This document shows, piece by piece, positions 9,540 through 19,157 of a stretch of 64,000 nucleotides of DNA (position 1 is the first letter of the stretch; each line of letters begins with the position of its first letter). This DNA is from Rhodothermia bacterium. GTDB taxonomy: Bacteria; Bacteroidota; Rhodothermia; Rhodothermales; UBA10348. The position numbers were made by a program, and so were the translations under genes. The stretch lies in NCBI GenBank assembly GCA_036985715.1, contig BTQE01000003.1, positions 201 through 64,200 on the forward strand, in the 5' to 3' direction. Under the pieces are notes generated by a model. It had not been told where the DNA came from and did no database searches. It saw nothing but the letters and a program-made list of their open reading frames with translations.

Positions 9540-9840
9540 CTAGAACGAGCCAATGCTCCTGTTTATTCTCCTTTTTTGGCGGATTCATGACAATAATGCC
9601 CGGCTCTCCGCCTTCCGGAGCACATTCTCCCTCGTATCCGTTGTTCGCCTTCAGCTTAAGGTCGCATAGAATAAAGGCTCCTGCATCAAAAGAAAAGTTA
9701 AGACCCTTCGCGCTCAACTCAATGTCCGTGAGCGCTAAACTTCCAACCTGTTCCTGAAACAGAGTGATTTACATAACGACTTCCGGCTCGCAATCCTGGC
9801 GCAGGTGACAATCAGAATCCAGGCCGTGATTTCCCGCAAC

Positions 9841-10281
9841 CTAAAGCGCTACTCCCAAAAGCTGGAAAAGGATCTGATTCAGTCCTGAATCCCGGTTGGA
9901 GTACCTGACGACCACCAACGATTCTTTCCGATACACGTCGAGCTGGGGATTCATGTTGGCCAGCGTATAGGCATTCGACTTGGCGTCCCCCACACGGTCG
10001 AATCCATACACATCCAGAATTTCGCGGTTGTTTAGATAAAGACGACTGCTGGTCACGGCCGAAACGCTCAGATTCGGAAACCCTCTTTCGGTAATGAATA
10101 CGCCTTCTTTCTGTAGACTTTTGGTCAGCCACGCGATGTCGGTGGCCTTGGAATCTTCCGCAGACACGCTTTTTGACGCCAAGTCCTTCGACGCCAAGTC
10201 CTTCGAAGAGGTACACGCCGATACACCCGACGTCGCAAGAATCAACATCAGTGCGAATCCGATTGATCTGGTCGACTTCAT
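9841..10281 (-). CDS. Hypothetical lipoprotein
   Basis: 146 aa with a lipobox (LILATSGVSAC). Contains a 2 x 15-bp in-frame duplication (KDLAS KDLAS, about 10178-10207). Confidence 0.6.
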   Translation of the reverse strand: MKSTRSIGFALMLILATSGVSACTSSKDLASKDLASKSVSAEDSKATDIAWLTKSLQKEGVFITERGFPNLSVSAVTSSRLYLNNREILDVYGFDRVGDAKSNAYTLANMNPQLDVYRKESLVVVRYSNRDSGLNQILFQLLGVAL

Positions 10282-10671
10282 TGAATTTCCCCCTTGGTTC
10301 CTACAGTGAACACGTTCAAGTATTGAAGATGACAGTCAATACGTGTGCCGGAGGTCAATAGGTTGCGCCTGCACTTGGCGAGTGGTTGTTCAGACGCGAT
10401 GAAGCTACAGGAGAAGGACCTGAACGGAACTCCGCCTAAAACATATCGCTTCACGGTGCGACAAAGCGCACTCCTTCCGTTTAGAATTCTGGACGCTCAG
10501 GCGCAGAAAAGAGGCAGCATCCCGATTTACGAAAAAGACTCAGTACTTATGAAAATGACGGTAATCTCAAGCGATTCATCGTCAGCGAAAAGTCAGAAAA
10601 GACAACTTGAGTCTTGAACCCATGTTTTTCATACCTGTTTCGCCCTTGTGTTGAACACCGTCATTCTGCTC

Positions 10672-13600
10672 TTAATCCGATGCTTCGCCAATCAATTCGT
10701 CCGTCCGAACGATGAGATCATCCAGCTCTGACACCCATCGTTCGACCGCATCGCGAAGCTCTTCATAACGCGTATACGCATCCTGGCCAGGTGCCTGATC
10801 CGCAGACGATGTCATTCCGCGCAAATACTTCAGCTGACTGAGAAGCATCGGGGGCGGGTAACTGTCTGATTCGTCGGTCACCAGTTCAGCATGAATGCGG
10901 TCGAGTCCATCCTTGACCTCAAGGGCGTTCCTGTTTTCACTTTCTACAAGATCTTCAAGGGATTCGAGCGTGGAGTCGATTTGAGCAACGACTCGATTGG
11001 CCTCAGACGTGAGATCCCTGACCTTCAGATTGAGCGCCAGCTGTGCCTCGAGTTGGTCCTGCGTAACGCCGTCGGCGGCTACTCTTGGGTCTATGAGAAT
11101 GCGTACCTCGTTCTCGGCCGTCCAGGCTCCGGCCGTGAGTCTGATCGTATATCGGCCCGGAACCGCCAACGGTCCTCGCGTGGCCTCGTCTTCCGGATCA
11201 ACTGCGCCCGCATACCGCATATCCCACGTAAACCTGTGCATGCCCGCATCCGTGCTCAGTTCCTGATCCACCGATTCGGGATCGGGGCCTCGCATAGCAT
11301 CCTTTTCTGCCGATTCAGCAGCCCGGTTTTCGCTCGAAATACTCATTAGTACGGACCCCGTACTATCCAGCACATCTAGTACGAGTGGCGTACTAATTGC
11401 ATCCGATAGATAATAGTCTACCTGCACACCTGGATCGGGGTACTGGGGCTGTTCCTTTCCGTTGTCTGTTCCACCCATTCTCACCCGATAGGCGTCCCGA
11501 GACTGAAAAAGATGTTTTTTCGAATTCGCTACGTGCTCGTTGATCTGATGAAGCGGACTCAGGTTGTCCAGGATCCAGAACGAGCGACCCATGGTCGAGG
11601 GCACAAGATCCTTCTGGTGAACCTTGATGTCGGTAACCGGCACAACGGGGAGATCCAGCTGAAAAGATTGCCAATGAGCGCCATCGTCAAAAGATATGAA
11701 CAGGCCGAATTCCGTTCCCGCATACAACAACCCTTCCCGGTCGGGGTCTTCCCGAACCACTCGGGTGGGATAGTCATCCGGAATTCCGTTCTCTCCGGAT
11801 GTCAAGAGCGTCCACGATGCTCCGTAGTCGGTCGTTCGAAAGATGTAGGGACGGAAATCGTTCAACAGGTACCGATATCCCGCCAGGTAGGCCTTGCCAC
11901 CGCCGAAGGGCGAGGGTTCGATGTTCTGAATACGGCCTTCGGGCGGCATACCCGATGGAGTGACGTCGGTCCAGGTAGCCCCATCATCCCGTGAGACATG
12001 AACAGGCCCGTCGTTCGCCCCCGTCCAGATGACACCCTGTTCCACCGGAGATTCTTCGATGGTATAGAGTGCGCTGTAGTGCTCTTCGCCGGTTATATCG
12101 CGTGTGATCGGTCCCCCGGAAACCATCTGTCGTTCGGCACGAAACGCCGTAAGGTCGGGGCTGATGGTCTCCCATGTCCGACCTTCATCCCGGGTTCGAT
12201 GAACATACTGGGAGCCGTGGTAAATCACATTCGGATCGTGTGGTGAAACCCGAATAGGCGCCACACGCTGGAAGCGATACGAGAGTTCAGCCGGGTTTCG
12301 ACCATACATGTTTGCCGCTCCGACGTAGTACTGTTGTGCTTGCCCTGTGGCTCGATTGTATCGAGCAAATCGACCCTTGCAGTTGCTGTAGACTATGTTT
12401 TCGTCGCCGGGCTTTGGCACGGCAGGTCCCGTTTCGCACCCGCCTATGGCTTCCCAGTACGCTGTCGAGCCGCCCGGAAGACTCCTGGGTGGAAGACTTG
12501 GCACCGCGATCGTCGAATTGTCCTGTTGTCCAGCGTAAAGCCTGTACGGAAATCGATCATCCACATTAACCTGATAGAGTTCAGCCGTTGCCTGATTGCG
12601 CTGTGTGGACCAGGTTTTTCCCCCGTTCAGCGAGACGTTTGCCCCTCCGTCATTGGATTGGATCATAATCTCGGGACGGTTCGGGTTGATCCACATGTCA
12701 TGGTTGTCGCCATGGGGCGTAGATAGCCGACTGAATTCCTGACCGGCATCGACCGACTTGTAGAATCTCTCATTGTTGACGTAGACGATGTCTGCGTTCG
12801 TCGGGTCGGCGTCTACGTTGGTATAGTAGAACGGGCGATTCATCAGACCTTTTTGCGCATTCACGAGATACCATGATTCGCCCCGGTCGTTTGAGCGATA
12901 AAGTCCTTCTTCGTCCGGCTTCGCCTCAACCAGAGCATAAATTCGACTCGGGTCATCAGGTGATACAGCCAGGTCGATCTTTCCGACAAGACCCTGGGGC
13001 AATCCGTTTTCGACCTTTTTCCAGGTTCGCCCGGCGTCCGTAGACTTGTAGATTCCATCCTCGGTGTCGTCGCCGCTGATGATTGTCCATGGTTTGCGCT
13101 CGGCGAACCACAAGGCGGCATATACTTCATCGGGGTTGGCGGGATTCAGTTCGAGATCCACGGCGCCAGTTTTCGACGAGACGTAAAGCACCAATTCCCA
13201 GGATTTGCCGCCATTGACGGTCTTGTAAACGCCTCGTTTGGGATTGGAACCAAACGGACTTCCGAGTGCGGCCACGTACACGACTTCGGGATTGGTTGGA
13301 TGGATGACGACCGCTCCGATCTGACCCGTTTCATGTAAGCCAATATGCTCCCAGGTTTCGCCTGCGTCTGACGATCTGTAAATGCCTTTCCCCAAAATGA
13401 CGTTGCTGCGTATAGCTTCAGAACCTGTACCCACATAAATCAAATCTGGATTTGAATCGGCGACATCGATGGCACCGATCGATCCTGTCTCAAAGAAACC
13501 ATCTGAAATATTGGCCCAGTTCTGGCCGGCATCGGTTGTTTTCCAAACCCCTCCTCCGGTCGCCCCGAAATAAAACGTGTAGGGTTGATCGCCATGCCCT

Positions 13601-13800
13601 GCCACAGCCGTTGCACGACCGCCGCGAGTCGGACCGACCATTCTAAAATCCAGATCGGCAAAGAGCAGTGGATCAACGATAACGTTCGGATCCGCTTCCG
13701 ACTCCTGAGCATTGGAGAATTGTACATTACCTGCGAACAGCAGAATGAAACCTGTTCTGGCTACGATCCGGTAGATTTCACGAGCGGGGCTGGACTTCAT
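10672..13800 (-). CDS. Sortilin/VPS10-like BNR (Asp-box) double-propeller protein, secreted; paralog 1
   Basis: 1042 aa with a signal peptide. More than 10 Asp-box motifs are present (TTDAGQNW, SSDAGETW, STDAGRTW, SNDRGESW, TRDEGRTW, SRDDGATW, TTDYGASW, SFDDGAHW). An Ig-like segment and a helical C-terminal tail follow. Confidence 0.85.
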   Translation of the reverse strand: MKSSPAREIYRIVARTGFILLFAGNVQFSNAQESEADPNVIVDPLLFADLDFRMVGPTRGGRATAVAGHGDQPYTFYFGATGGGVWKTTDAGQNWANISDGFFETGSIGAIDVADSNPDLIYVGTGSEAIRSNVILGKGIYRSSDAGETWEHIGLHETGQIGAVVIHPTNPEVVYVAALGSPFGSNPKRGVYKTVNGGKSWELVLYVSSKTGAVDLELNPANPDEVYAALWFAERKPWTIISGDDTEDGIYKSTDAGRTWKKVENGLPQGLVGKIDLAVSPDDPSRIYALVEAKPDEEGLYRSNDRGESWYLVNAQKGLMNRPFYYTNVDADPTNADIVYVNNERFYKSVDAGQEFSRLSTPHGDNHDMWINPNRPEIMIQSNDGGANVSLNGGKTWSTQRNQATAELYQVNVDDRFPYRLYAGQQDNSTIAVPSLPPRSLPGGSTAYWEAIGGCETGPAVPKPGDENIVYSNCKGRFARYNRATGQAQQYYVGAANMYGRNPAELSYRFQRVAPIRVSPHDPNVIYHGSQYVHRTRDEGRTWETISPDLTAFRAERQMVSGGPITRDITGEEHYSALYTIEESPVEQGVIWTGANDGPVHVSRDDGATWTDVTPSGMPPEGRIQNIEPSPFGGGKAYLAGYRYLLNDFRPYIFRTTDYGASWTLLTSGENGIPDDYPTRVVREDPDREGLLYAGTEFGLFISFDDGAHWQSFQLDLPVVPVTDIKVHQKDLVPSTMGRSFWILDNLSPLHQINEHVANSKKHLFQSRDAYRVRMGGTDNGKEQPQYPDPGVQVDYYLSDAISTPLVLDVLDSTGSVLMSISSENRAAESAEKDAMRGPDPESVDQELSTDAGMHRFTWDMRYAGAVDPEDEATRGPLAVPGRYTIRLTAGAWTAENEVRILIDPRVAADGVTQDQLEAQLALNLKVRDLTSEANRVVAQIDSTLESLEDLVESENRNALEVKDGLDRIHAELVTDESDSYPPPMLLSQLKYLRGMTSSADQAPGQDAYTRYEELRDAVERWVSELDDLIVRTDELIGEASD

Positions 13801-13887
13801 CTTTTGGCATTATGAGTTGAAATAGTGCGCCAACTGGTGTCGATAGTAGTCCCTGAATCATTCGGATGCCAGTTGACGGCAATCCGG

Positions 13888-14334
13888 TTAGAACGGGGTA
13901 CAGTAGATCTTGGGGGGTTCATCCTCCGCGGGGAGAGCGTTCTTTCTTCCGAACCAGCGGAGGGCCGTGTAGACGTACCAGGCTCGAAATCGACACATGC
14001 CGTCTTGGATGCTCATTCTCCTTAGCAGCCGGTCCGCGTACTCACGGGAGTCTGCGTGATCCACGAGGGCTAGCCGCATCAATTGATAGAGGGCGTCGTG
14101 TACGAGTGAGCTCCGCATGAATGTGGATGTATCGATGGTCGGTCCGCTGGGTCCGTCCCAGGCGTATCCTTTCTTGATGATCAACTGACCGGCTTCTGAG
14201 AGGCTCAAATATGGGGTTCCAATCGGCATGGTGGGTCGCACTTCAATTTCAATATGGAAATCTTCTGTTAACTGATACTTGTAGCGATTCAGTTTTCTGT
14301 AGCAGGATTGAAGATCGGTCGAGAGCGGATCCAT
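13888..14334 (-). CDS. DUF1353-like protein
   Basis: 148 aa. The motif GYAWDGPSGPTID..SLVHDALYQL matches the DG.S.P....HD.lY signature I recall for DUF1353. Confidence 0.5.
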   Translation of the reverse strand: MDPLSTDLQSCYRKLNRYKYQLTEDFHIEIEVRPTMPIGTPYLSLSEAGQLIIKKGYAWDGPSGPTIDTSTFMRSSLVHDALYQLMRLALVDHADSREYADRLLRRMSIQDGMCRFRAWYVYTALRWFGRKNALPAEDEPPKIYCTPF

Positions 14335-14345
14335 TCGAGATGTAT

Positions 14346-14978
14346 CTATCGTGTATATAGCTCGATCTGCCAGAATGGAGTTCTGTCGATGCTCCGCCGT
14401 CGAAATCCGTGCGACTCCGGAATCTGCCTGATCTCCTGCGGCGAGTGCACGAATGATCTGAACGGATCTCCCTTGATTTTCCTTTTCAGGTTTTCGAGGC
14501 CCATTACCAACCGAACAAACCAGCGATATCTCGGATAACTCATAGCCAGAACCTCATCACATTTATCGACGGCTCTCGATAACAGGCTCCGAAAATCCGG
14601 ATAGCAGCATACGACCCGGTCGAGGGTTACGATGTCACGCGATTCAAGCGTTCCATCGTACTCAGCAAGGTCTCCGTGTATGAATTCTACCCGCTCACTG
14701 TGCCCGCGTCTTTCACTTTCCTTTTCGGCTGCTTCTATATAGGCCGATGAGAGGTCAATATGAGTGGCGTGCGAACACGTGTCCTGAAGCAACTCGTGAT
14801 GAATGACTCCGACGCCGGCGCCAATATCCAAGAGTGTTGCGTTTCGAAGATCCTGACTGCGAATGGAGTCGAGTAACACCTGCGTCGTCCGATCCGGACC
14901 TTGCTTTTCGTATCGGGCCCGGTCTCTCTCGGCATGCTTGCTGCCAAAATGACTGTCTCTAGGATCGCAACAATTCAT
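14346..14978 (-). CDS. Class I SAM-dependent methyltransferase
   Basis: 210 aa with SAM-binding motif I LLDIGAGVGVIHHEL and an acidic loop THIDLS. The N-terminus starts with a CC pair (MNCCDPRDSHFG). Lies 11 nt upstream of the DUF1353 gene. Confidence 0.75.
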   Translation of the reverse strand: MNCCDPRDSHFGSKHAERDRARYEKQGPDRTTQVLLDSIRSQDLRNATLLDIGAGVGVIHHELLQDTCSHATHIDLSSAYIEAAEKESERRGHSERVEFIHGDLAEYDGTLESRDIVTLDRVVCCYPDFRSLLSRAVDKCDEVLAMSYPRYRWFVRLVMGLENLKRKIKGDPFRSFVHSPQEIRQIPESHGFRRRSIDRTPFWQIELYTR

Positions 14979-14980
14979 CT

Positions 14981-15060
14981 CTCAATCGTTCTCAGTCAAT
15001 CGTTCTCAGTCAATCGTTCTCAGTCAATCATTCTCAGTCAATCGTTCTCAGTCAATCATT
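14981..15060. repeat. Tandem repeat of 5 full copies plus 1 truncated copy of a 14-bp unit (plus strand CTCAGTCAATCRTT; minus strand AAYGATTGACTGAG)
   Basis: Read directly. Full copies start at 14991, 15005, 15019, 15033 and 15047; a truncated copy lies at 14981-14990; a degenerate tail follows to about 15079. The array ends 2 nt from the methyltransferase start codon. Confidence 0.95.
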
Positions 15061-15161
15061 CATCGGTCAATAAATCATTTCGCACTCGTACTCAACCCGA
15101 CAAACGTGGATCAACGCGCGGGTCCGACATACACGAATATTCGGTGACCGGAGCGGCTAAA

Positions 15162-18100
15162 TTATTCGTCTGTTGATACGGCAGGGATTTCGGCATCCCG
15201 AACCATTTCATTGAAGACGGGAAGTTGCTCGTCCAGAATCGTAGCCAACGAGGCCAGCTGTTCGTTGATTTTTTCCGTCAGCTCATCCCGAACCGCATAC
15301 GCCTGATCCGTTGGACGATTATCACCGCTTGACACCACCCCGCCGACGGCAGCCAATTTGTTATTGAGCCGAATCGGGAAATTCAGCGGGTCCTGGCCGG
15401 ATCTGTTCTTCGTCTGATACAGCGCCTCCTCGACGGATTTCATTTCGTCCAACAACGACGAAGCGATCGATTTTATCGTGTCCGCGCGGACGTGGTCGTC
15501 TGGAATTCGATCGGTTACACTGTTTACCTGGCTGCGAATTGCCCGAATGCGCTTAATCGCCTTGTGCGTCTCGCTCAACTTATCGCGAATGGAAATCAGA
15601 AACTCAAACTGCTCGTCTAAATCGGCCTGCGTCGCCGATGACCGTGGATCCTGCAGAATAGTGAACCCAACGGTCGACGAATCGTCATTAACAACCAGAC
15701 GCGCCTGATATTTTCCCGGAGCCGCCCGCGGACCGGTCACACTCCCGGACCACATGATGAGTCCGTCAAAGGATTCTGCATCTTCGTAACGCATGTTCCA
15801 GGCGAATGTGTTGATCCCCTCCTCTATCGGTACATCGTCATCCGTAGTGAACGACTTGATGACCCGTCCGTCTTCCTCCAGAATTCGGACTGTAACTGCC
15901 GCACTGTCGGGTTCTGATCCCAGGAAATACCGGAGTCTGACACGACTTCCACCACGAAATCCGCCACCCATTCGGACGGTCGGAAACGGTCCATACAATA
16001 CGTGGGAGTCAGCCGAATCACCTGCCTGGACTCTGTGGAGAACCATCAAGTCCTCCATGATCCAGAATCCTCTTCCTTGCGTAGCCACAACCAGGTCATG
16101 CTCCTTCCAGGCCAGATCCGTAATCGGGACGATAGGAAGATTCTGTTGAAAGCTACTCCAGTTGTCGCCGTCGTCGAATGAGATGTACATCCCACTCTCG
16201 GTTCCTGCATACAGAAGACCCGCGCGCTCCGGATCAGGCTGGATAGCACGGGTATAATGGTTTTCGGCAATGCCGTCTGTAATCTTCGTCCAGCTCTGTC
16301 CGTAGTCGGTCGTTTTGTACAGATACGGTGCGAAGTCGTCTGACTTGTACATCGTCGCGGCGACGTACAGTCCACCTGGCTCGGTGGGGTGCGCGACCAT
16401 GTCGTTGATCATGATCCACTCGGGCATGATTCGTTTTGAAGGAGTCACGTTCGTCCAGGTCGCGCCACCATCCCGTGTGATATAAATGAGTCCGTCGTCC
16501 GAGCCCGTCCAGATAACACCCGGCTCGGATCCCTCCTCGAGTGTGAAAATGGTCCCGTAATACTCAATACCAGTGTTGTCCTGGGTGATAGGTCCTCCGG
16601 AAGACTTCTGCGTTGCCGGGTCATTGCGGGTGAGATCTCCGCTGATGGCCTCCCAGGACTGACCCTCGTTCGTCGTCTTGAACAGAACCTGCGCGCTCGC
16701 ATAAAGCACATTGGAATCATGGCGCGAAAATTTGATCGGGAAATTCCACTGGAATCGGTACCTGTAATCTTCAGCTCCGTGTCCCATCGGATTGTCGGGC
16801 CAGACGGTAACGGTCCTGCGCTCACCCGTTCGGTGGTTGACACGGGTCAGGTAACCATCATACGATCCACCGTAAACGATATCCGGATCGTCAGGATCGG
16901 GAGCGATCCAGGCACTTTCACCGCCTGCGGTCGATTCCCATTCGCGCATGTTCCGTCCATTTGAAGTGTGAAGTATGCGAACGGTTGAGTTGTCCTGCTG
17001 ACCGCCATATATCCTGTAGGGAAAATTATTGTCCGTAGTAACCCTGTAAAATTGAGCGGTCGGTTGATTGTCATCGTAGGATGACCAGTTAGCACCTCCA
17101 TCGAAGGTCACTTGCCCCCCTCCGTCATCACCGATGATCATCCGGGACGAATTTTCCGGATCGATCCAAAGATCGTGATGGTCCCCATGAGGGGTGCTAA
17201 TTGTCTCATACGTCTCCCCTCCGTCCTTCGAACGATGAAATCTTACGTTGAGTACGTAGACCATGTCCTCGTCCTCGGTATCGGCGTAAATGCGCGTGTA
17301 GTACCACGCTCTTTGACGCAAACTGCGATCGGAGTTGATTTTTCTCCACGACTCGCCACCATCTTCGGACCTGAACACGCCTCCATCGTCGGCTTCCACA
17401 ATGGCCCAGATGCGTTCCGGGTTGACTGGAGATACCGTGACCCCGATGATTCCGAGCGTGCCCTCGGGCAGGCCATTATCCTTGTTGGTCAATTCTTCCC
17501 AGGAATCGCCCCCATCCGTGGACTTCCAGAGAGATGAACCCGGTCCTCCGCTGTTCAAACTGTAAGGCGTCCTGTCCACGTTCCACATGGCGGCGTACAG
17601 GATTCGGGGGTTTGTGGGATCCATTTGCAGATCGACCGCACCCGCTTCGTCGCTTACGAAGAGAACGCGATCCCAGTTTTCTCCGCCATCGGTCGATCGA
17701 AATACCCCTCTTTGTTCACTGGGCCCGAATAGATGCCCCAAAACGGCAGCGTAAACCAGGTCCGGATTCTTGGGATGAATTCGTATGCGGGGTATGCGTC
17801 TGGAATCATCGAGCCCAATCGACTTCCAGGTCTTGCCCGCATCAACGGATTTCCACATTCCGTAACCGTGGGACACATTTCCACGAATTGTTACCTCGCC
17901 ACCACCGACGTAGATCACATTGGGGTCCCACTCGCTGACGGCTACCGCGCCGATTGACCCTCCGAAAAATTCATCCGAAATATTATTCCATGACTGGCCC
18001 CCGTCGTTAGTCTTCCAGACACCTCCTCCGGTTGTTCCCATGTAATAAACAAGTGGCTGTCCGGGGACTCCTGTTACGGCCGCTGATCGCCCGCCTCGAT

Positions 18101-18218
18101 ACGGTCCCACAAGCCGGTACTCCAAGCCGTCGTACTGTTTCGGGTCAATATTTTGCGAGAATGCGTCTGCGGCGATAAGAAAGAACAGAATGAAGGCGTA
18201 AGGTGCGAGCTTCATCAT
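15162..18218 (-). CDS. Sortilin/VPS10-like BNR (Asp-box) double-propeller protein, secreted; paralog 2
   Basis: ORF 15162..18350 trimmed to MMKLAPYAFILFFLIAADAFSQ (signal peptide; start CAT checked at 18216-18218), giving 1018 aa. Many Asp-boxes (TNDGGQSW, SVDAGKTW, STDGGENW, STDGGDSW, SEDGGESW, SKDGGETY, TTNEGQSW, TRDGGATW, TTDYGQSW, SFDDGDNW). Colinear with paralog 1. Confidence 0.85.
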   Translation of the reverse strand: MMKLAPYAFILFFLIAADAFSQNIDPKQYDGLEYRLVGPYRGGRSAAVTGVPGQPLVYYMGTTGGGVWKTNDGGQSWNNISDEFFGGSIGAVAVSEWDPNVIYVGGGEVTIRGNVSHGYGMWKSVDAGKTWKSIGLDDSRRIPRIRIHPKNPDLVYAAVLGHLFGPSEQRGVFRSTDGGENWDRVLFVSDEAGAVDLQMDPTNPRILYAAMWNVDRTPYSLNSGGPGSSLWKSTDGGDSWEELTNKDNGLPEGTLGIIGVTVSPVNPERIWAIVEADDGGVFRSEDGGESWRKINSDRSLRQRAWYYTRIYADTEDEDMVYVLNVRFHRSKDGGETYETISTPHGDHHDLWIDPENSSRMIIGDDGGGQVTFDGGANWSSYDDNQPTAQFYRVTTDNNFPYRIYGGQQDNSTVRILHTSNGRNMREWESTAGGESAWIAPDPDDPDIVYGGSYDGYLTRVNHRTGERRTVTVWPDNPMGHGAEDYRYRFQWNFPIKFSRHDSNVLYASAQVLFKTTNEGQSWEAISGDLTRNDPATQKSSGGPITQDNTGIEYYGTIFTLEEGSEPGVIWTGSDDGLIYITRDGGATWTNVTPSKRIMPEWIMINDMVAHPTEPGGLYVAATMYKSDDFAPYLYKTTDYGQSWTKITDGIAENHYTRAIQPDPERAGLLYAGTESGMYISFDDGDNWSSFQQNLPIVPITDLAWKEHDLVVATQGRGFWIMEDLMVLHRVQAGDSADSHVLYGPFPTVRMGGGFRGGSRVRLRYFLGSEPDSAAVTVRILEEDGRVIKSFTTDDDVPIEEGINTFAWNMRYEDAESFDGLIMWSGSVTGPRAAPGKYQARLVVNDDSSTVGFTILQDPRSSATQADLDEQFEFLISIRDKLSETHKAIKRIRAIRSQVNSVTDRIPDDHVRADTIKSIASSLLDEMKSVEEALYQTKNRSGQDPLNFPIRLNNKLAAVGGVVSSGDNRPTDQAYAVRDELTEKINEQLASLATILDEQLPVFNEMVRDAEIPAVSTDE

Positions 18219-18330
18219 AGTCTTGGAGTTGTCCTTCGATGGTGGTTGACAGGAACGAGCAAGCGTCCAACTGGACAGGTGGGCATAGAATGTACAGGAT
18301 GTACGATCAGATCGCCAGATATCAAACGCC

Positions 18331-18912
18331 TTAGACGAGCTTTCCGGCACCTGGCGGGACCCAATGTGGATCCTGATTTTTCCACTTTACCGAGCATCCG
18401 ATCGGATTCGTCAGGGGTGTTTTCAGTGGTCGATCCGCCAGCGTGTCCTCCAGTGCGTTTTCCAGATCGTTGATCTTGATCCTTGATGAATCTCGTGGGT
18501 TATCCACGCCTCGACCCGTATAGACGAGTTTCCGTTCGCTATCAAACACGAAAAAATGTGGCGTTTTCAGACCACCGTAGTCCCGAACCACTTCCTGAGA
18601 CTGATCCCGCGCGTAAATCCACGGGAAATCATACGTCTCCATCCGCTGAACCATATGAGCAAAGTCGTCAGAAGGGTGCGTGATTTCGTTGTTCGAGTTG
18701 ATTCCGATAAATGCGACACCTTGTTCTGCGAAACGCTCGACCGTGGATCGAGTGACCTCATCCGATCCGATCACGTACGGGCAGTGATTGCAGGTAAAGA
18801 AAACAACCAGAATCCGGCTCGATTCGAAGTCGGCCAGCGAGTATTCATTTCCGTCCGTCGCTGGAACGTTGAAGTCCGGCGCTTTCTCCCCTATTTGCAG
18901 CGTAAATGGCAT
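18331..18912 (-). CDS. Thioredoxin-fold protein (AhpC/TSA-like, CxxC)
   Basis: ORF trimmed to [41 protein letters not shown] (193 aa). A CNHC redox motif sits at the position typical of this thioredoxin family. Confidence 0.75.
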   Translation of the reverse strand: MPFTLQIGEKAPDFNVPATDGNEYSLADFESSRILVVFFTCNHCPYVIGSDEVTRSTVERFAEQGVAFIGINSNNEITHPSDDFAHMVQRMETYDFPWIYARDQSQEVVRDYGGLKTPHFFVFDSERKLVYTGRGVDNPRDSSRIKINDLENALEDTLADRPLKTPLTNPIGCSVKWKNQDPHWVPPGAGKLV

Positions 18913-19157
18913 CGTATTGCTGTGTGAATTCGTTCGCAGGTTGCCTCGCGGATAGCTTCCAAGATTCTGTTGGAAGTTCCACTCATGCCAGTCTAACGCT
19001 GGCAGGCCTGGTCGGATGCCCTGCAGGGAGAAGAATATCTCCAGGAAATTGGAGTCAACCCAGGCAGAAAACGAGCCTAACGCCTCACCAAGAGAGCCCG
19101 AAGAAGTTCTCGCTCCACCGGGCTCTCTCCCATTCTCCACACCATTAATCCGTCATT

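Noticed and set aside
9484-9717. 77-aa minus-strand ORF (TTG start) overlapping the start of the 8268..9539 gene by 56 nt
   Set aside because: No recognisable motif, an alternative start codon and a large out-of-frame overlap. It could be a genuine small gene or a frameshifted N-terminal extension, but the sequence alone does not support either.
10345-10617. 90-aa plus-strand ORF in the 390-bp gap between VPS10 paralog 1 and the lipoprotein gene
   Set aside because: It is antisense to the local transcription direction, has odd composition and no motif. More likely this is non-coding terminator and promoter space.
4065-15079. Whether the two tandem arrays (4065-4169 and 14981-15079) could be CRISPR-like
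   Set aside because: The units are 14-15 bp and directly abutting with no spacers, they have no dyad symmetry typical of CRISPR repeats, and there are no cas genes in the window.
14901-15176. 91-aa plus-strand ORF reading through the 14-bp tandem array (SQSFSVNRSQSIILSQSFSVN)
   Set aside because: It is an artefact of the repeat. A 14-bp period cannot maintain a frame biologically, and the ORF overlaps the methyltransferase start on the other strand.
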